Positions 46,580-56,318 of a DNA stretch of 64,000 nt are shown here, piece by piece. The DNA is from an uncultured Isosphaeraceae bacterium (GTDB taxonomy: Bacteria; Planctomycetota; Phycisphaerae; Phycisphaerales; SM1A02), in the NCBI GenBank assembly GCA_964592615.1, contig CAZQGB010000001.1:2422-66421 (forward strand). The letters run 5' to 3'. The notes under the pieces were generated by a model. That model did not search any database. It was not told the DNA's origin and saw nothing but the letters and a program-made list of their open reading frames with translations. The position numbers and the translations under genes are program-made. The number at the start of each line of letters is the position of its first letter. The first letter of the stretch is position 1.

Positions 46580-48859
46580 TTATTGTTTATACAGGATCAG
46601 GCGATCGTGAGAGAGCAGAAGGACGTCATTTTTGTCGTCATTTGTTAAGTCTGTAATGATGACTTGGCTAGGTTGCCATTCACGTGGCTCTCCACTTGAA
46701 AAGATTCTTGATTCAAAAATTTTAAAACCAGTGGCATATAACATTTTGGCATCTTGGCTAAATGTAAATATCTCAAGCATCTGTTCTCCGGCATCAAGCG
46801 AAACCATGTCGCTATATCCATCGGCGTTTACATCGCCCATCGCTAACTCGTGTTGAACACGGCGCTCGTTATCGCTCCGCCATGACTGTAACTCATGAAG
46901 TGTGATTCGATCTCCTTCAATCTGAATAATTGCAAACCCAGAATTGCTCATTGCAATAATGTCTGGAGTGCCATCGCCAGTGAAATCTTCACAGTACATA
47001 GGACCGAAATCGTATCCGTGAACGAAGAGACTGTCTGCTTCCTCCCATTCGTTAGAGTCATTACGATTGATTGCAACAACTCGTTCGTTTTCTCTATCGG
47101 CAACGTATAGTTTGTCTCCACTTACTGCAATTGAAATGAGATCAGAAGCACCATCTTCTAAATTGACTTGGGTTACTACTTGCCATCCGGGGCTTACGCC
47201 TTCTTCTGGATTAGGTTCATACCGAACAGCTCGAACATAATTGTCAGCTACAATTAAGAGCTCGGGCATTTCATCGTTGTCAACATCAAAGATAGAAATA
47301 TTCATTTCAGTCGCTTCGCGAACAAGGCCAAACTGCCCCATTTCGTTGTCATCTAGCACATCAAATCCATCTTCTGTAGAGAGGATAAGTTTCATGGGTT
47401 TATCGCGTGTGAGAACAAGAAGGTCCGTGCTCCCATCTTGATCTGCATCAAAGCCTAGTATTTGATCTGGGCCTCTGCTTAAAGATCCAAGGTCAATTGT
47501 TTCACTATTTCCCTTTGCGTCGATAAGATCAATTACATATGCGCGTTTTTCCTTAGAGATGACAGCGACTTTCATTTCATTATTCAGTTGAACTGCAGAG
47601 AGAGAAATGGGAGTGTTCCCAGAAGAGAAAGGGATGGGCTGAGGAAAAGGGAGTTGGAGAGTGTCTAATTCTGAACGACCAACTACGCCTTCATCTTCAC
47701 TTAGAACATAGAGTTCCTGAACACCGTCTTTGTCTAGGTCTCCAGTTGCAATTGAACGAACATCTGAAAGTGTCGGAGACGATACTCCAGCGGAAAGCCC
47801 TTTCTTATTCGTCTGTTCATACACAACAATGGTGTTGTCAGAAGGATTCGTTGCAACTAAATCCAATAGTCCATCACTGTTAACATCTACAATTAAATGT
47901 TTGCGTGCTCCTTTGCCAAGGAATGGATAGATTTTGATTGATGCATCACGGTCACCATGAGTTTTGATTTGTTCTCGTGTAATTTCATATAGCACTATTT
48001 TTCGAGAAGCTCGCTCAATTATTGCCATCATCGCAGCGTTCATGTTTGGAAGTGAAACAGAGGCAAATTCTCGTATAGTTGGCATCTCGAAGCGTAATTG
48101 TGGCCCCATCATTTTTTCGCCATCTGTAATTTGTGAAAGCCATAAACGAACAGGTTCACTGCTGTCTGGAATAACTCCTGAAATATCAAGTAAGCCATCC
48201 CCGTCATAGTCGGCAAGTTCGAACGCGGCAATGGAATCTTCAGTAGCAAATCGTACTGGCTTGCCTAGGGAATCTTCGTCAAGTGGGAAGGACTGAATAT
48301 TTCCTTCAACGATTGTGAGCAACTCCGGTGAGTTGTCGCCAATAATATTTGCGATCTGGAAACCACTTCGGTTTGCTCGCAAGTTTTTTAAACGGTGTGT
48401 ACGCGTTTTTGTAAAAGTGCCGTCGGATTCTTGTGCTAAAAAAACAATATTGCTTGGATTGCTTGCATAGATTACATCCGTTCTTCCATCATTATTGAAG
48501 TCATGTAAAGCAAGTGCGGACACCTTATGTGAAACCATAATTCGTTCATTTTTAAAACGCCAGTGCTCAGGTATCTCGTTGGCGCGTGTAACTGGAGTTA
48601 CATCTTGAGGTGTGGCTCCGGCTTTTTGAAGAAGTACATCAATCCGACTTTTACGATTATTGACGACAAGGATATCCATTAATCCGTCGCCATTTATTTC
48701 GCCAATGTACATTGGACCTGCGCCATCGCCAATCTTTATAATTTCTAAATCTTCAAAGCCGAAATAACTTCCAAGTGAAGGTTCATCCATTGCGTTCATG
48801 GAGGTTTGAAGCGTAAGTACAGTAATAAGTGTAAAAATGCAATATTGTGCTATGTTCAT
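46580..48859 (-). CDS. secreted FG-GAP/VCBS-repeat (integrin-alpha-like) protein
   Basis: Signal peptide plus at least 10 Ca-binding DxDxDG-type repeats (DINGDGLMDILVV, DFNNDGRTDVIYA, DYDGDGLLDI, DVNSDGLLDLV, DADQDGSTDLLVL, DVNADGYSDMVSL ...). Confidence 0.8.
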   Translation of the reverse strand: MNIAQYCIFTLITVLTLQTSMNAMDEPSLGSYFGFEDLEIIKIGDGAGPMYIGEINGDGLMDILVVNNRKSRIDVLLQKAGATPQDVTPVTRANEIPEHWRFKNERIMVSHKVSALALHDFNNDGRTDVIYASNPSNIVFLAQESDGTFTKTRTHRLKNLRANRSGFQIANIIGDNSPELLTIVEGNIQSFPLDEDSLGKPVRFATEDSIAAFELADYDGDGLLDISGVIPDSSEPVRLWLSQITDGEKMMGPQLRFEMPTIREFASVSLPNMNAAMMAIIERASRKIVLYEITREQIKTHGDRDASIKIYPFLGKGARKHLIVDVNSDGLLDLVATNPSDNTIVVYEQTNKKGLSAGVSSPTLSDVRSIATGDLDKDGVQELYVLSEDEGVVGRSELDTLQLPFPQPIPFSSGNTPISLSAVQLNNEMKVAVISKEKRAYVIDLIDAKGNSETIDLGSLSRGPDQILGFDADQDGSTDLLVLTRDKPMKLILSTEDGFDVLDDNEMGQFGLVREATEMNISIFDVDNDEMPELLIVADNYVRAVRYEPNPEEGVSPGWQVVTQVNLEDGASDLISIAVSGDKLYVADRENERVVAINRNDSNEWEEADSLFVHGYDFGPMYCEDFTGDGTPDIIAMSNSGFAIIQIEGDRITLHELQSWRSDNERRVQHELAMGDVNADGYSDMVSLDAGEQMLEIFTFSQDAKMLYATGFKIFESRIFSSGEPREWQPSQVIITDLTNDDKNDVLLLSHDRLILYKQ

Positions 48860-48935
48860 GAGATTATTCCTGAGATTTAATACTTATATATGCTATCACG
48901 CTTGAGCGTTGTATATAGTATGTTTAATGAGTTAC

Positions 48936-49910
48936 ATGTTAAAACATACAAAATTAATCCTTCTCTCCTTTTTGGTCTTGAGTTGTATCTTGCGCGACAC
49001 TTCAGCTGATATCGTTCGCCTTACTAGCGGCGGTGAGGTACACGGGAACATAATAAAAAGAACAGATAACAAGTTGTGGGTTGATATTGGAGATGAAGTT
49101 ATTGAAGTCGAAATGTCCCAAGTTAAACAAGTAGATGCTGCAGACTTATCTGATAATGTTTCGGAAATTGATACTTCGAGTCTTTTTCGAACGGCTGCGC
49201 AATTGCCAGAGCGTAGCCCAAGAGAACAGGCAAAAAGAGTTGGTGCATCGGTCATTAAAGTTTCAACCCCAGGAGGGCTTGGTTCAGGCGTTTTGCTCAA
49301 CGAAGAGGGGTACGCAATCACAAATGCTCACGTCATACAAGGCGAAACGGATCTTCGCGCTACTGTCTGGATTCCACAAGAAGATGGAACTTTGAAACGA
49401 ACTACCATTGAAGATGTAGTTATTATTGCGGTCAATAATCATCTAGATTTGGCATTATTACGGCTTTCGCATCCTGATGATGAATCGTTTGACTTCTCCG
49501 TGTTGGAACAGGCTGAAAAGATTGAGGTAGGGGAAACAGTTTTTGCAATTGGAAACCCTCTTGGTCTGGAACGATCGATGAGTCAAGGAGTGATTTCAAC
49601 AAAGCAAAGAAGTTTTGATGGGTTGACTTATATCCAAACGGATGCAGCAATTAATCCAGGCAATTCAGGTGGTCCCCTCTTTAACAGTCAAGGAGAAGTT
49701 GTTGGCATTACGAATATGGGAATTCCCTCCGCAGAGTCATTGAACTTTGCAATCCCAACACGATATGTAAAAGATTTTATTCGTAACCGTGAAGCGTTTG
49801 CGTATGACGAAAAAAATCCAAATGCTGGACACCTTTATCACAAACCCCCAAAGCGTTCAGAAAATGGAATCGCGTCTCAATTGAAAGATAGCAACAACGA
49901 TTCCCAATAG
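48936..49910 (+). CDS. secreted trypsin-like (S1C/HtrA-type) serine protease without PDZ domain
   Basis: Signal peptide MLKHTKLILLSFLVLSC. Catalytic triad contexts ITNAHV, DLALLRL and GNSGGPLF. Confidence 0.8.
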   Translation: MLKHTKLILLSFLVLSCILRDTSADIVRLTSGGEVHGNIIKRTDNKLWVDIGDEVIEVEMSQVKQVDAADLSDNVSEIDTSSLFRTAAQLPERSPREQAKRVGASVIKVSTPGGLGSGVLLNEEGYAITNAHVIQGETDLRATVWIPQEDGTLKRTTIEDVVIIAVNNHLDLALLRLSHPDDESFDFSVLEQAEKIEVGETVFAIGNPLGLERSMSQGVISTKQRSFDGLTYIQTDAAINPGNSGGPLFNSQGEVVGITNMGIPSAESLNFAIPTRYVKDFIRNREAFAYDEKNPNAGHLYHKPPKRSENGIASQLKDSNNDSQ

Positions 49911-49959
49911 AATTAATAAGATTCAGTGCACAGTAAATAGGAAACAATAGGAGCACATT

Positions 49960-51714
49960 ATGTTCATTCTCGTACCATTATTCGCAACTTCATTTGCCCT
50001 TGCAGATGTTCAAATACAAGACGTAGTTCCAGAATCTACCATTTTAGTTATTTCAACTTCAGACGTTGGCAAAGTGATAACGCATTTACAAGACTCTGGA
50101 GTTTGCGACACAATCAGCGAGGTTGCTTCGTCAGTCAAAGAGCTATCAGGTAGTGATTCATGCTCTTTCGGGTCTACTGAGTGCACTGAGATATTGGGAC
50201 AACTCGGGATAGATAAAGAAACGTGGACTCCCCCAAATGGAGATGCCGGCTTTGCTCTTTACCCAGTAGTAGATTATGAAGTTGGATCAGTTGGGATTGG
50301 GTATTTAGGAATGATTGAACTTGACGATCCACTCTACGACAATCTGTTCTCAGAAAAATTCGAAGAGTTTGTCGGTAATGCTGAAGTAGAATATGAAACT
50401 GTAAGTCTCTCTGGTCGTGATGTTTGGATGTTTGATTATTCGCTTCCTGCAACAGCGCCGGTTCCCTCATTGAATATTGACCCGAATGCTTTTAGCCGTA
50501 CATACCTTGTGTATAGTGATGGTTACTTGATCTTTGGCTCAGAGCCAGATGCAATTGCTTCAGCGTTTTCTGCCATCGATGGGGAGCCAGAAAATGGGAC
50601 CCTCGCAAGCAATGCTGACTATTTATCCATGCTAGATATATGTGGAACTGATGGCGATGTTTTTGCAGCAGTCCTACTCACTAATCTTGCAGACACGATT
50701 ATGCAGATTGATTCTTCTGGGATGGCTATGATGTTCTTGCCAACACTTAAAGCAGCAGTTGGTGATATCGATGGAATTGCTGAGTCTGTAACTATCTCGC
50801 CTTCCTCCGATGTATTCATTGAAGCAACATATACGGCACTCATGAACGATGGTCGCAGTGGATTGATGGGTTTGATTGGTGAAAATACTACTAGTGAATC
50901 AATGCCTTCCTTTGTTGCGCCAGATGCATTGAGTTATTCACAATGTCAAATTAATTTGTCTAAATTTACTACTCTCATCAAGGAAACAATGATGAGCAAC
51001 CCAATGCTAGGGATGCAAATGGCCGGACAGATGGAACAGATGGAAGCAGGTTTTGACCTTTTCTTTAATCCTTTGGGTTCTACCGTCCATTCCTTTTCTA
51101 CAGGTCGATTGCCATTTACCGACGAAAGTGTCGGATATCTAGTAGCGATTGAATGTACAGATGAAGAAGCATTTGGAAATGCACTTGGAGCTACTTTGCC
51201 AATGATGGGCGCGACGCCCAGTGACTTTTTAGGGAATCAACTGTTTACAATTGATTTCTCAAGCGCAATGCCAATGCCTTTGCCGTACCCCTTAGAAATG
51301 TCCTTGGCAGTCGGTGGAGGGTATGCCTTCATCGGTACTACTCATACGGTTGAAAGCGCGCTAAGGTCAATTGCGAACCCAAAGACGAGCAAAAATAATT
51401 TGGTCTCAAATGCTGCACTTTCAATGCTGTCAAATGAAGATGTTTCCTCATGGGGTTTTTCTGATTTAAAGAAAAGCATTGAATTTCAAACAGCAATGTC
51501 AGAAGCAATGACTAAAGACATGTTCGATGAAATGGAAGCATTCGACCCTGAAATGGCCGCTGAAATGAGAGCAGAGTTTGATAAGAACTCTGAATTGCAA
51601 ACCAAGATTTCAGATGCTATTGGTTCATTGATCGGTCCAATGGCGTGGAATATGACAGTTGATGATACAGGTCTAACGGCGCATGCCATCATGTTAAAGC
51701 CAAAGTCAGATTGA
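49960..51714 (+). CDS. secreted protein of unknown function (584 aa)
   Basis: Long ORF with an N-terminal signal-like segment (MFILVPLFATSFALA), acidic composition, and no recognised catalytic motif. Confidence 0.5.
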   Translation: MFILVPLFATSFALADVQIQDVVPESTILVISTSDVGKVITHLQDSGVCDTISEVASSVKELSGSDSCSFGSTECTEILGQLGIDKETWTPPNGDAGFALYPVVDYEVGSVGIGYLGMIELDDPLYDNLFSEKFEEFVGNAEVEYETVSLSGRDVWMFDYSLPATAPVPSLNIDPNAFSRTYLVYSDGYLIFGSEPDAIASAFSAIDGEPENGTLASNADYLSMLDICGTDGDVFAAVLLTNLADTIMQIDSSGMAMMFLPTLKAAVGDIDGIAESVTISPSSDVFIEATYTALMNDGRSGLMGLIGENTTSESMPSFVAPDALSYSQCQINLSKFTTLIKETMMSNPMLGMQMAGQMEQMEAGFDLFFNPLGSTVHSFSTGRLPFTDESVGYLVAIECTDEEAFGNALGATLPMMGATPSDFLGNQLFTIDFSSAMPMPLPYPLEMSLAVGGGYAFIGTTHTVESALRSIANPKTSKNNLVSNAALSMLSNEDVSSWGFSDLKKSIEFQTAMSEAMTKDMFDEMEAFDPEMAAEMRAEFDKNSELQTKISDAIGSLIGPMAWNMTVDDTGLTAHAIMLKPKSD

Positions 51715-51721
51715 CGGAGTC

Positions 51722-52660
51722 TCAGACCCAGCCAAGCTGGTAGAACATAGCTGAGAATATGAGGTCTGCGATAACAATGGAGACCACACTTTGCACAACT
51801 GTATCTGTTGTAGCTTTGCCTACACCAGCTGCGCCGCCGCTTACTTTGAAGCCGTTGTAGCACGCAATTGAAGAAAGAATCAAACCAAAGACGCCCGCTT
51901 TGAACAAGCCAGTTGTAAAGTCAGACATTGCAACTTGAGAGAGTGTGTTAGCTTTGTAAAGTTCGTACGGAACGCCGAGTAACTCGATTGATACGAACCC
52001 TGCCGAGAAGATGGCGACTACGTCTGCAATGATAGTAAGTAAGACAAGACTCAAAGTTGTTGCAAGAACTCTTGGAACTGCGAGAAATCTAATTGGATTT
52101 AGTGCTTGGGATTCTAATGCTTCTATTTCTTCGCCAACGACCATTGTCCCTAGTTCGGCTGCAATTGCAGCTCCAGCAAAACCGGTAAGTACGATTGCTG
52201 AAATCAGAGGCCCAAGTTCGCGAAGGATTGCAACGCCAACGATATTTGCAATTTTGTCGGTTTGACCAAAAGTTGATAGAGGTGGTTCCATTTGAACAGC
52301 TAGAATGAGACCGATACAGCCACAAACAAGGCACACAATCCCGATAGATCTGACACCTATTCTGACTATTTGGCCGACTGTGGCAGCACGTCCAAAGCGA
52401 ACATCTTTGTCAAAGATCGAGCGCTTTAACCAAATTGTTACATCTAAAATAATGCCGAATACGCCACCTAAAAATTCAAATAAACGAATCCAAACATTTC
52501 CCCAGGCTTCTATGGCTCGGAGCACGGTATTTGGCTTCGATGGTTTCTCTGAGTTAACTGGCAAGCGATTCTTCTCTTGTATCAAAGATTGTAAAAATTT
52601 GATCGAGTCTTGCCAGTTCGATAATTGAGCGAACGCCTTCTTGAAGAGAACAAAGGACAA
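51722..52660 (-). CDS. mlaE: MlaE-family ABC transporter permease (start uncertain; TTG at 52564 would give about 280 aa)
   Basis: Multi-TM profile and conserved MlaE blocks (GRAATVGQIVRIGVRSIGIV..., VGVAILRELGPLISAIVLTGFAGAAIAAELGTM, EIEALES). The ATG-started ORF would overlap the upstream STAS gene by 107 nt. Confidence 0.85.
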   Translation of the reverse strand: MSFVLFKKAFAQLSNWQDSIKFLQSLIQEKNRLPVNSEKPSKPNTVLRAIEAWGNVWIRLFEFLGGVFGIILDVTIWLKRSIFDKDVRFGRAATVGQIVRIGVRSIGIVCLVCGCIGLILAVQMEPPLSTFGQTDKIANIVGVAILRELGPLISAIVLTGFAGAAIAAELGTMVVGEEIEALESQALNPIRFLAVPRVLATTLSLVLLTIIADVVAIFSAGFVSIELLGVPYELYKANTLSQVAMSDFTTGLFKAGVFGLILSSIACYNGFKVSGGAAGVGKATTDTVVQSVVSIVIADLIFSAMFYQLGWV

Positions 52661-52898
52661 GGCAAATGTCTGATTTCTTCGAGAGCTGCAAACCTTCGAT
52701 CAATGTTGCTATCCCTGAAGAATCCATGTACGGCACATGCTCCAAATCAATAACAATTTTTTCTGTTTTTGATTCGATGATTGGGCGAAGAGCGACTCGC
52801 AGGTCACTAGATTTACTCAAATCAATATCTCCAAGTGGAATAACAACGGTGGAGTTCTCTGAAACTTCGATATCAATTTGTAGTGTTGATTTGTCCAT
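52554..52898 (-). CDS. STAS-domain protein (RsbV/SpoIIAA-like; MlaB-like by position)
   Basis: IDLEHVPYMDSSGIATLIEGL with the conserved DSSG serine. The start at M32 (ATG 52898-52896) shares one nt with the upstream kinase stop (TAATG). Confidence 0.75.
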   Translation of the reverse strand: MDKSTLQIDIEVSENSTVVIPLGDIDLSKSSDLRVALRPIIESKTEKIVIDLEHVPYMDSSGIATLIEGLQLSKKSDICLVLCSLQEGVRSIIELARLDQIFTIFDTREESLAS

Positions 52899-53365
52899 TA
52901 TTGTGAAGTCGATTGTACAGGAGTGGTGTGTGTATTTGTTGCAGTTTTTGACATGGTGAGTTTCATGCCTCCCTGATCTCTCTTGGTCCAAGTTGCGTGA
53001 TTCATAATTGTTTGGATTAAGTGTACCCCAAGTCCTCCCGGTTTGATGTCTTCCAAATCACGAGACTGAATGAGGTTTGAGTCAACCTGAATAGCGTCGT
53101 CTTCAATTTCGATAGAAATTTTTGGAGTTGGAGTAGTGAAGGTCGAATACTTCAAACGCACTCGGCCTTCTGTAGAGCCCATATATCCATGTCTATAGAT
53201 GTTGCTCAATGCTTCATCGACAGCCATCGAAACTTGACCCGCTTCACGAAAAGAAAAACCGCACTGTGTGGCAGCAGAAGTGATAAGTTTTCGAATTGTT
53301 CGAAACCATGCAGGGGAGGTCTGAAAATCAATCGTGCACTCTGATGTCGAGAGGGTTGTACTCAT
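52898..53365 (-). CDS. RsbW/SpoIIAB-like anti-sigma serine kinase (HATPase_c)
   Basis: N-box [13 protein letters not shown] and G2 box [11 protein letters not shown]; about 150 aa, the size typical of anti-sigma kinases. Confidence 0.75.
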   Translation of the reverse strand: MSTTLSTSECTIDFQTSPAWFRTIRKLITSAATQCGFSFREAGQVSMAVDEALSNIYRHGYMGSTEGRVRLKYSTFTTPTPKISIEIEDDAIQVDSNLIQSRDLEDIKPGGLGVHLIQTIMNHATWTKRDQGGMKLTMSKTATNTHTTPVQSTSQ

Positions 53366-53424
53366 TTGTCATATTCATGGTAACCTGCCATGTTCTCATG
53401 AGAAACAAAAATCATACATCTTCT

Positions 53425-54987
53425 ATGCAAAAAGGCCATGAAACGGTCCTAATTCTTGATTTTGGTAGCCAATATGCCCAACTGATTGCCAGAAGGGTCA
53501 GAGAGGCCGGTGCTTTTAGTCTTTTAATGGCTCCAGACACCCCGATCGAAGAGTTGGCAAAGCATAATCTGGCAGGAATTATTCTTTCTGGTGGTCCATG
53601 TAGCGTTAATGAGAAGAACTCGCCTAGGTGTGATAAAAGATTGTTTGATCTTGGGGTACCAGTTTTGGGTATTTGCTATGGAATGCAAGTTGGATGCCTA
53701 ATGCTTGGATGTAATATTGAAGGTGCTCACGCTCGTGAGTTTGGTCGCGCTTCTCTTCATGTTATTCAAACAGAGGGCTTACTTCGTGGAATACCTGAAG
53801 ACACTTCGGTTTGGATGAGTCATGGAGATCAGGTTGAAACACTTAGTGATGACTTTCAAATTTTAGCGACAACTTCAACGTGCCCGATGGCTGCAGTTTT
53901 GCACAGTCAAAAACAATTTTATGGTGTCCAGTTTCACCCCGAGGTAACACACACGCCACATGGTGTAGATTTGCTTCGTAACTTTCTCTATGAGATTTGT
54001 GAACTGCAAGGTACTTGGCGAATGTCTGATTTTAAGGATGAACAATGCGCACTCATTCGGGAGCAAGTTGGTAATCGACGTGTACTATGTGGTTTAAGTG
54101 GTGGGGTTGATTCATCTGTAGTTGCCGCGTTGTTACATGAAGCAATTGGCGAGCAATTAGTGTGTGTCTTTGTGGACAACGGATTGCTCAGAAAAAATGA
54201 GCGGTCTTATGTTGAGACAACGTTTAGAGATCATTTTGAAATTGATTTGCGCGTAGTTGATGCATCAAAACAGTTCCTAGATGATCTTAATGAGATTGTT
54301 GACCCTCAAGAAAAGCGAACGAAAATCGGGCATCGATTCATTGAAGTATTCAAGGAAGCCGCCGCAAGCATACAAGGCGAATCAGAGCATGAAATTCAAT
54401 TTTTGGCGCAGGGCACGTTATATCCAGATGTAATTGAGTCGGGGCATGGTTATAGTGGCGCTGCTGCAAATATAAAACTTCATCACAATGTAGGCGGTTT
54501 GCCCGAAGAATTGGGTTTTGATTTGATAGAACCTCTAAGAGATTTATTCAAAGATGAAGTTCGGAAACTTGGAGAAGTCCTAGGTTTGCCAGATGGGATT
54601 ATTTGGCGCCATCCGTTTCCCGGGCCTGGATTGGCAGTTAGATGTTTAGGTGAGATTACAGAATCAAAACTTACGGTCTTGCGTGAATGCGATGAAATTC
54701 TGTTAGAAGAAATAGTTGCAGCGAATATATATAGAAATACCGACCAAGTGTTTGCTGTGTTGCTGCCAGTTCAGAGCGTTGGAGTAATGGGTGATGGGAG
54801 AACGTACGAGTCGGTTGTAGCTGTGCGAGCTGTTGAAACACAAGACTTCATGACCGCGGATTGGGCAAAAATACCCTATGACGTGCTAGGTTCAATAAGC
54901 AGCAGAATAATAAATGAAGTTCGTGGCATAAATCGTGTTGTATACGATATTAGTTCTAAGCCGCCTGCTACTATTGAGTGGGAGTGA
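53425..54987 (+). CDS. guaA: GMP synthase (glutamine-hydrolysing)
   Basis: [27 protein letters not shown], the [10 protein letters not shown]-loop and the C-terminal PPATIEWE. True start is ATG 53425. Confidence 0.95.
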   Translation: MQKGHETVLILDFGSQYAQLIARRVREAGAFSLLMAPDTPIEELAKHNLAGIILSGGPCSVNEKNSPRCDKRLFDLGVPVLGICYGMQVGCLMLGCNIEGAHAREFGRASLHVIQTEGLLRGIPEDTSVWMSHGDQVETLSDDFQILATTSTCPMAAVLHSQKQFYGVQFHPEVTHTPHGVDLLRNFLYEICELQGTWRMSDFKDEQCALIREQVGNRRVLCGLSGGVDSSVVAALLHEAIGEQLVCVFVDNGLLRKNERSYVETTFRDHFEIDLRVVDASKQFLDDLNEIVDPQEKRTKIGHRFIEVFKEAAASIQGESEHEIQFLAQGTLYPDVIESGHGYSGAAANIKLHHNVGGLPEELGFDLIEPLRDLFKDEVRKLGEVLGLPDGIIWRHPFPGPGLAVRCLGEITESKLTVLRECDEILLEEIVAANIYRNTDQVFAVLLPVQSVGVMGDGRTYESVVAVRAVETQDFMTADWAKIPYDVLGSISSRIINEVRGINRVVYDISSKPPATIEWE

Positions 54988-54994
54988 TTGACAA

Positions 54995-56110
54995 TTAATC
55001 AGCTAAGTTCGCGAAAATCATTCTGCCAGCGGAAGTTTGAAGTGAGTTTGTAACTTCAATCATTACTTGTTCCCCAACACTCTCTCCTCCATCTTCAATC
55101 ACAACCATGGTTCCATCTGGAAGGTATCCAACGCCTTGTTTAGGTGACTCGCCCATCCTAACTACTTCAATTTGCATAATTGCGCCAGGGACAGCTTGCA
55201 TTCTAACTGCACTGGAGAGGTCATTTAGATTGAGCACAGTTATGCCTTCGATTTGTCCAACCTGTTGTAGATTAGAATCTGTTGTAAGAACACGGTACCC
55301 ACATGATTCTGCTAAATCTAGTAGCCCCCGGTCAACCCCGCTACTTGTTAATTCTGAGGATTCAATGGTGAGTTCAATTTGAGAAGAGTTCCGAATCACT
55401 GCAAGAACGCTAAGTCCGCGGCGGCCTCGTTCTCGTTTTGTTTTATCTTGCGAGTCTGACAATGTATGCAATTCGTCGACAACGAATTGTGGAATAATCA
55501 GTGGGGCATCAATAAATTTAGATGTTGCAAGTTGTTTGATTCTTCCATCAATTAAAATTGAGGTGTCAACAAGTAGTGGGCGAATGCCTCTAACTTTCTT
55601 TGTGAACTCAATGTAGGGAAGTACCAGCCGAAGGTTGTCTTTTGTTGTGAAGACAATGCTAATTGAAAAGTAGCAAAGTGTGATTCCACAAACTAGTTTC
55701 AGTAGTGTTAAATATTGAAATGCAACATCGCCACGTTTGAGCCCCCAAGAGTCACCAATCAAATCAATTAGTAGACTTACAGCTAGAGCTGCAAAAAGCC
55801 CAGCAACTAATCCAAGATAGACTCCTAGGACAGCAGAAAGTCTTTTGTTTGGAGTGATGATGTCAATTACTAAAACTATGATGGCAAAAGCGATCGTTGA
55901 AATTAACGGGCCGAGATGATCAATAACAACTTCGTCGATAGTTTGGTTTGTTGCGTTTAGACCTGCAATGAACGGTAGGATTGCAGCAGCGAACATAAAA
56001 GTGATGAAGAGAAGTCGGATTGTCAATATGACTAAACGCCTACTTGCACGGTCTTTCGATTGTTCTGTAGCAAAAGAGCTTTGCGTTGGATTGGTTTTCT
56101 CTAAATCCAT
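54995..56110 (-). CDS. membrane-anchored PIN/TRAM-domain protein (YacL-like)
   Basis: N-terminal TM helices, PIN (LLVDTSILIDGRI ... TTDSNLQQV), and TRAM tail (QGVGYLPDGTMVVIEDG...LQTSAGRMIFA). Confidence 0.85.
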   Translation of the reverse strand: MDLEKTNPTQSSFATEQSKDRASRRLVILTIRLLFITFMFAAAILPFIAGLNATNQTIDEVVIDHLGPLISTIAFAIIVLVIDIITPNKRLSAVLGVYLGLVAGLFAALAVSLLIDLIGDSWGLKRGDVAFQYLTLLKLVCGITLCYFSISIVFTTKDNLRLVLPYIEFTKKVRGIRPLLVDTSILIDGRIKQLATSKFIDAPLIIPQFVVDELHTLSDSQDKTKRERGRRGLSVLAVIRNSSQIELTIESSELTSSGVDRGLLDLAESCGYRVLTTDSNLQQVGQIEGITVLNLNDLSSAVRMQAVPGAIMQIEVVRMGESPKQGVGYLPDGTMVVIEDGGESVGEQVMIEVTNSLQTSAGRMIFANLAD

Positions 56111-56180
56111 GTGTGAAGTGTTCCTTTTAAATACCGACGATTACACTTGACACATGGTATCATGCCTATATTCTGAAGCA

Positions 56181-56288
56181 GGAAGGGCGGTCGGCCTCAT
56201 AGTCGGACGTCCTGCGAACCTGGTCAGGGCTTGACGGCAGCAGCCATAAGTTGTGTCGCTCGAGCTTTGGGTCCCCGGCCGCCCTTCC
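56181..56288 (+). ncRNA. ffs: small (4.5S-type) signal recognition particle RNA
   Basis: CCUGGUCAGGGCUUGACGGCAGCAGCC matches E. coli 4.5S domain IV CCAGGUCAGGUCCGGAAGGAAGCAGCC at 20 of 27 positions. Terminal helix GGAAGGGCGG/CCGCCCTTCC. TTGACA at 56147-56152 upstream and a T-rich tract downstream. Classic ffs-dnaX-recR synteny. Confidence 0.85.
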
Positions 56289-56318
56289 TGATTTTGTTTT
56301 ACCCTTAGGAGGACTAGA

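Noticed and set aside
50535-50547. Isolated perfect copy of the 13-nt unit TGGCTCAGAGCCA inside the 584-aa CDS; a 12/13 copy at 57685-57697 in dnaX
   Set aside because: These are single units without the nested 45-nt structure, in frame as ordinary codons (FGSEPD; LAQRQ). They may be chance, codon-driven, or decayed remnants, and cannot be told apart without genome-wide counts.
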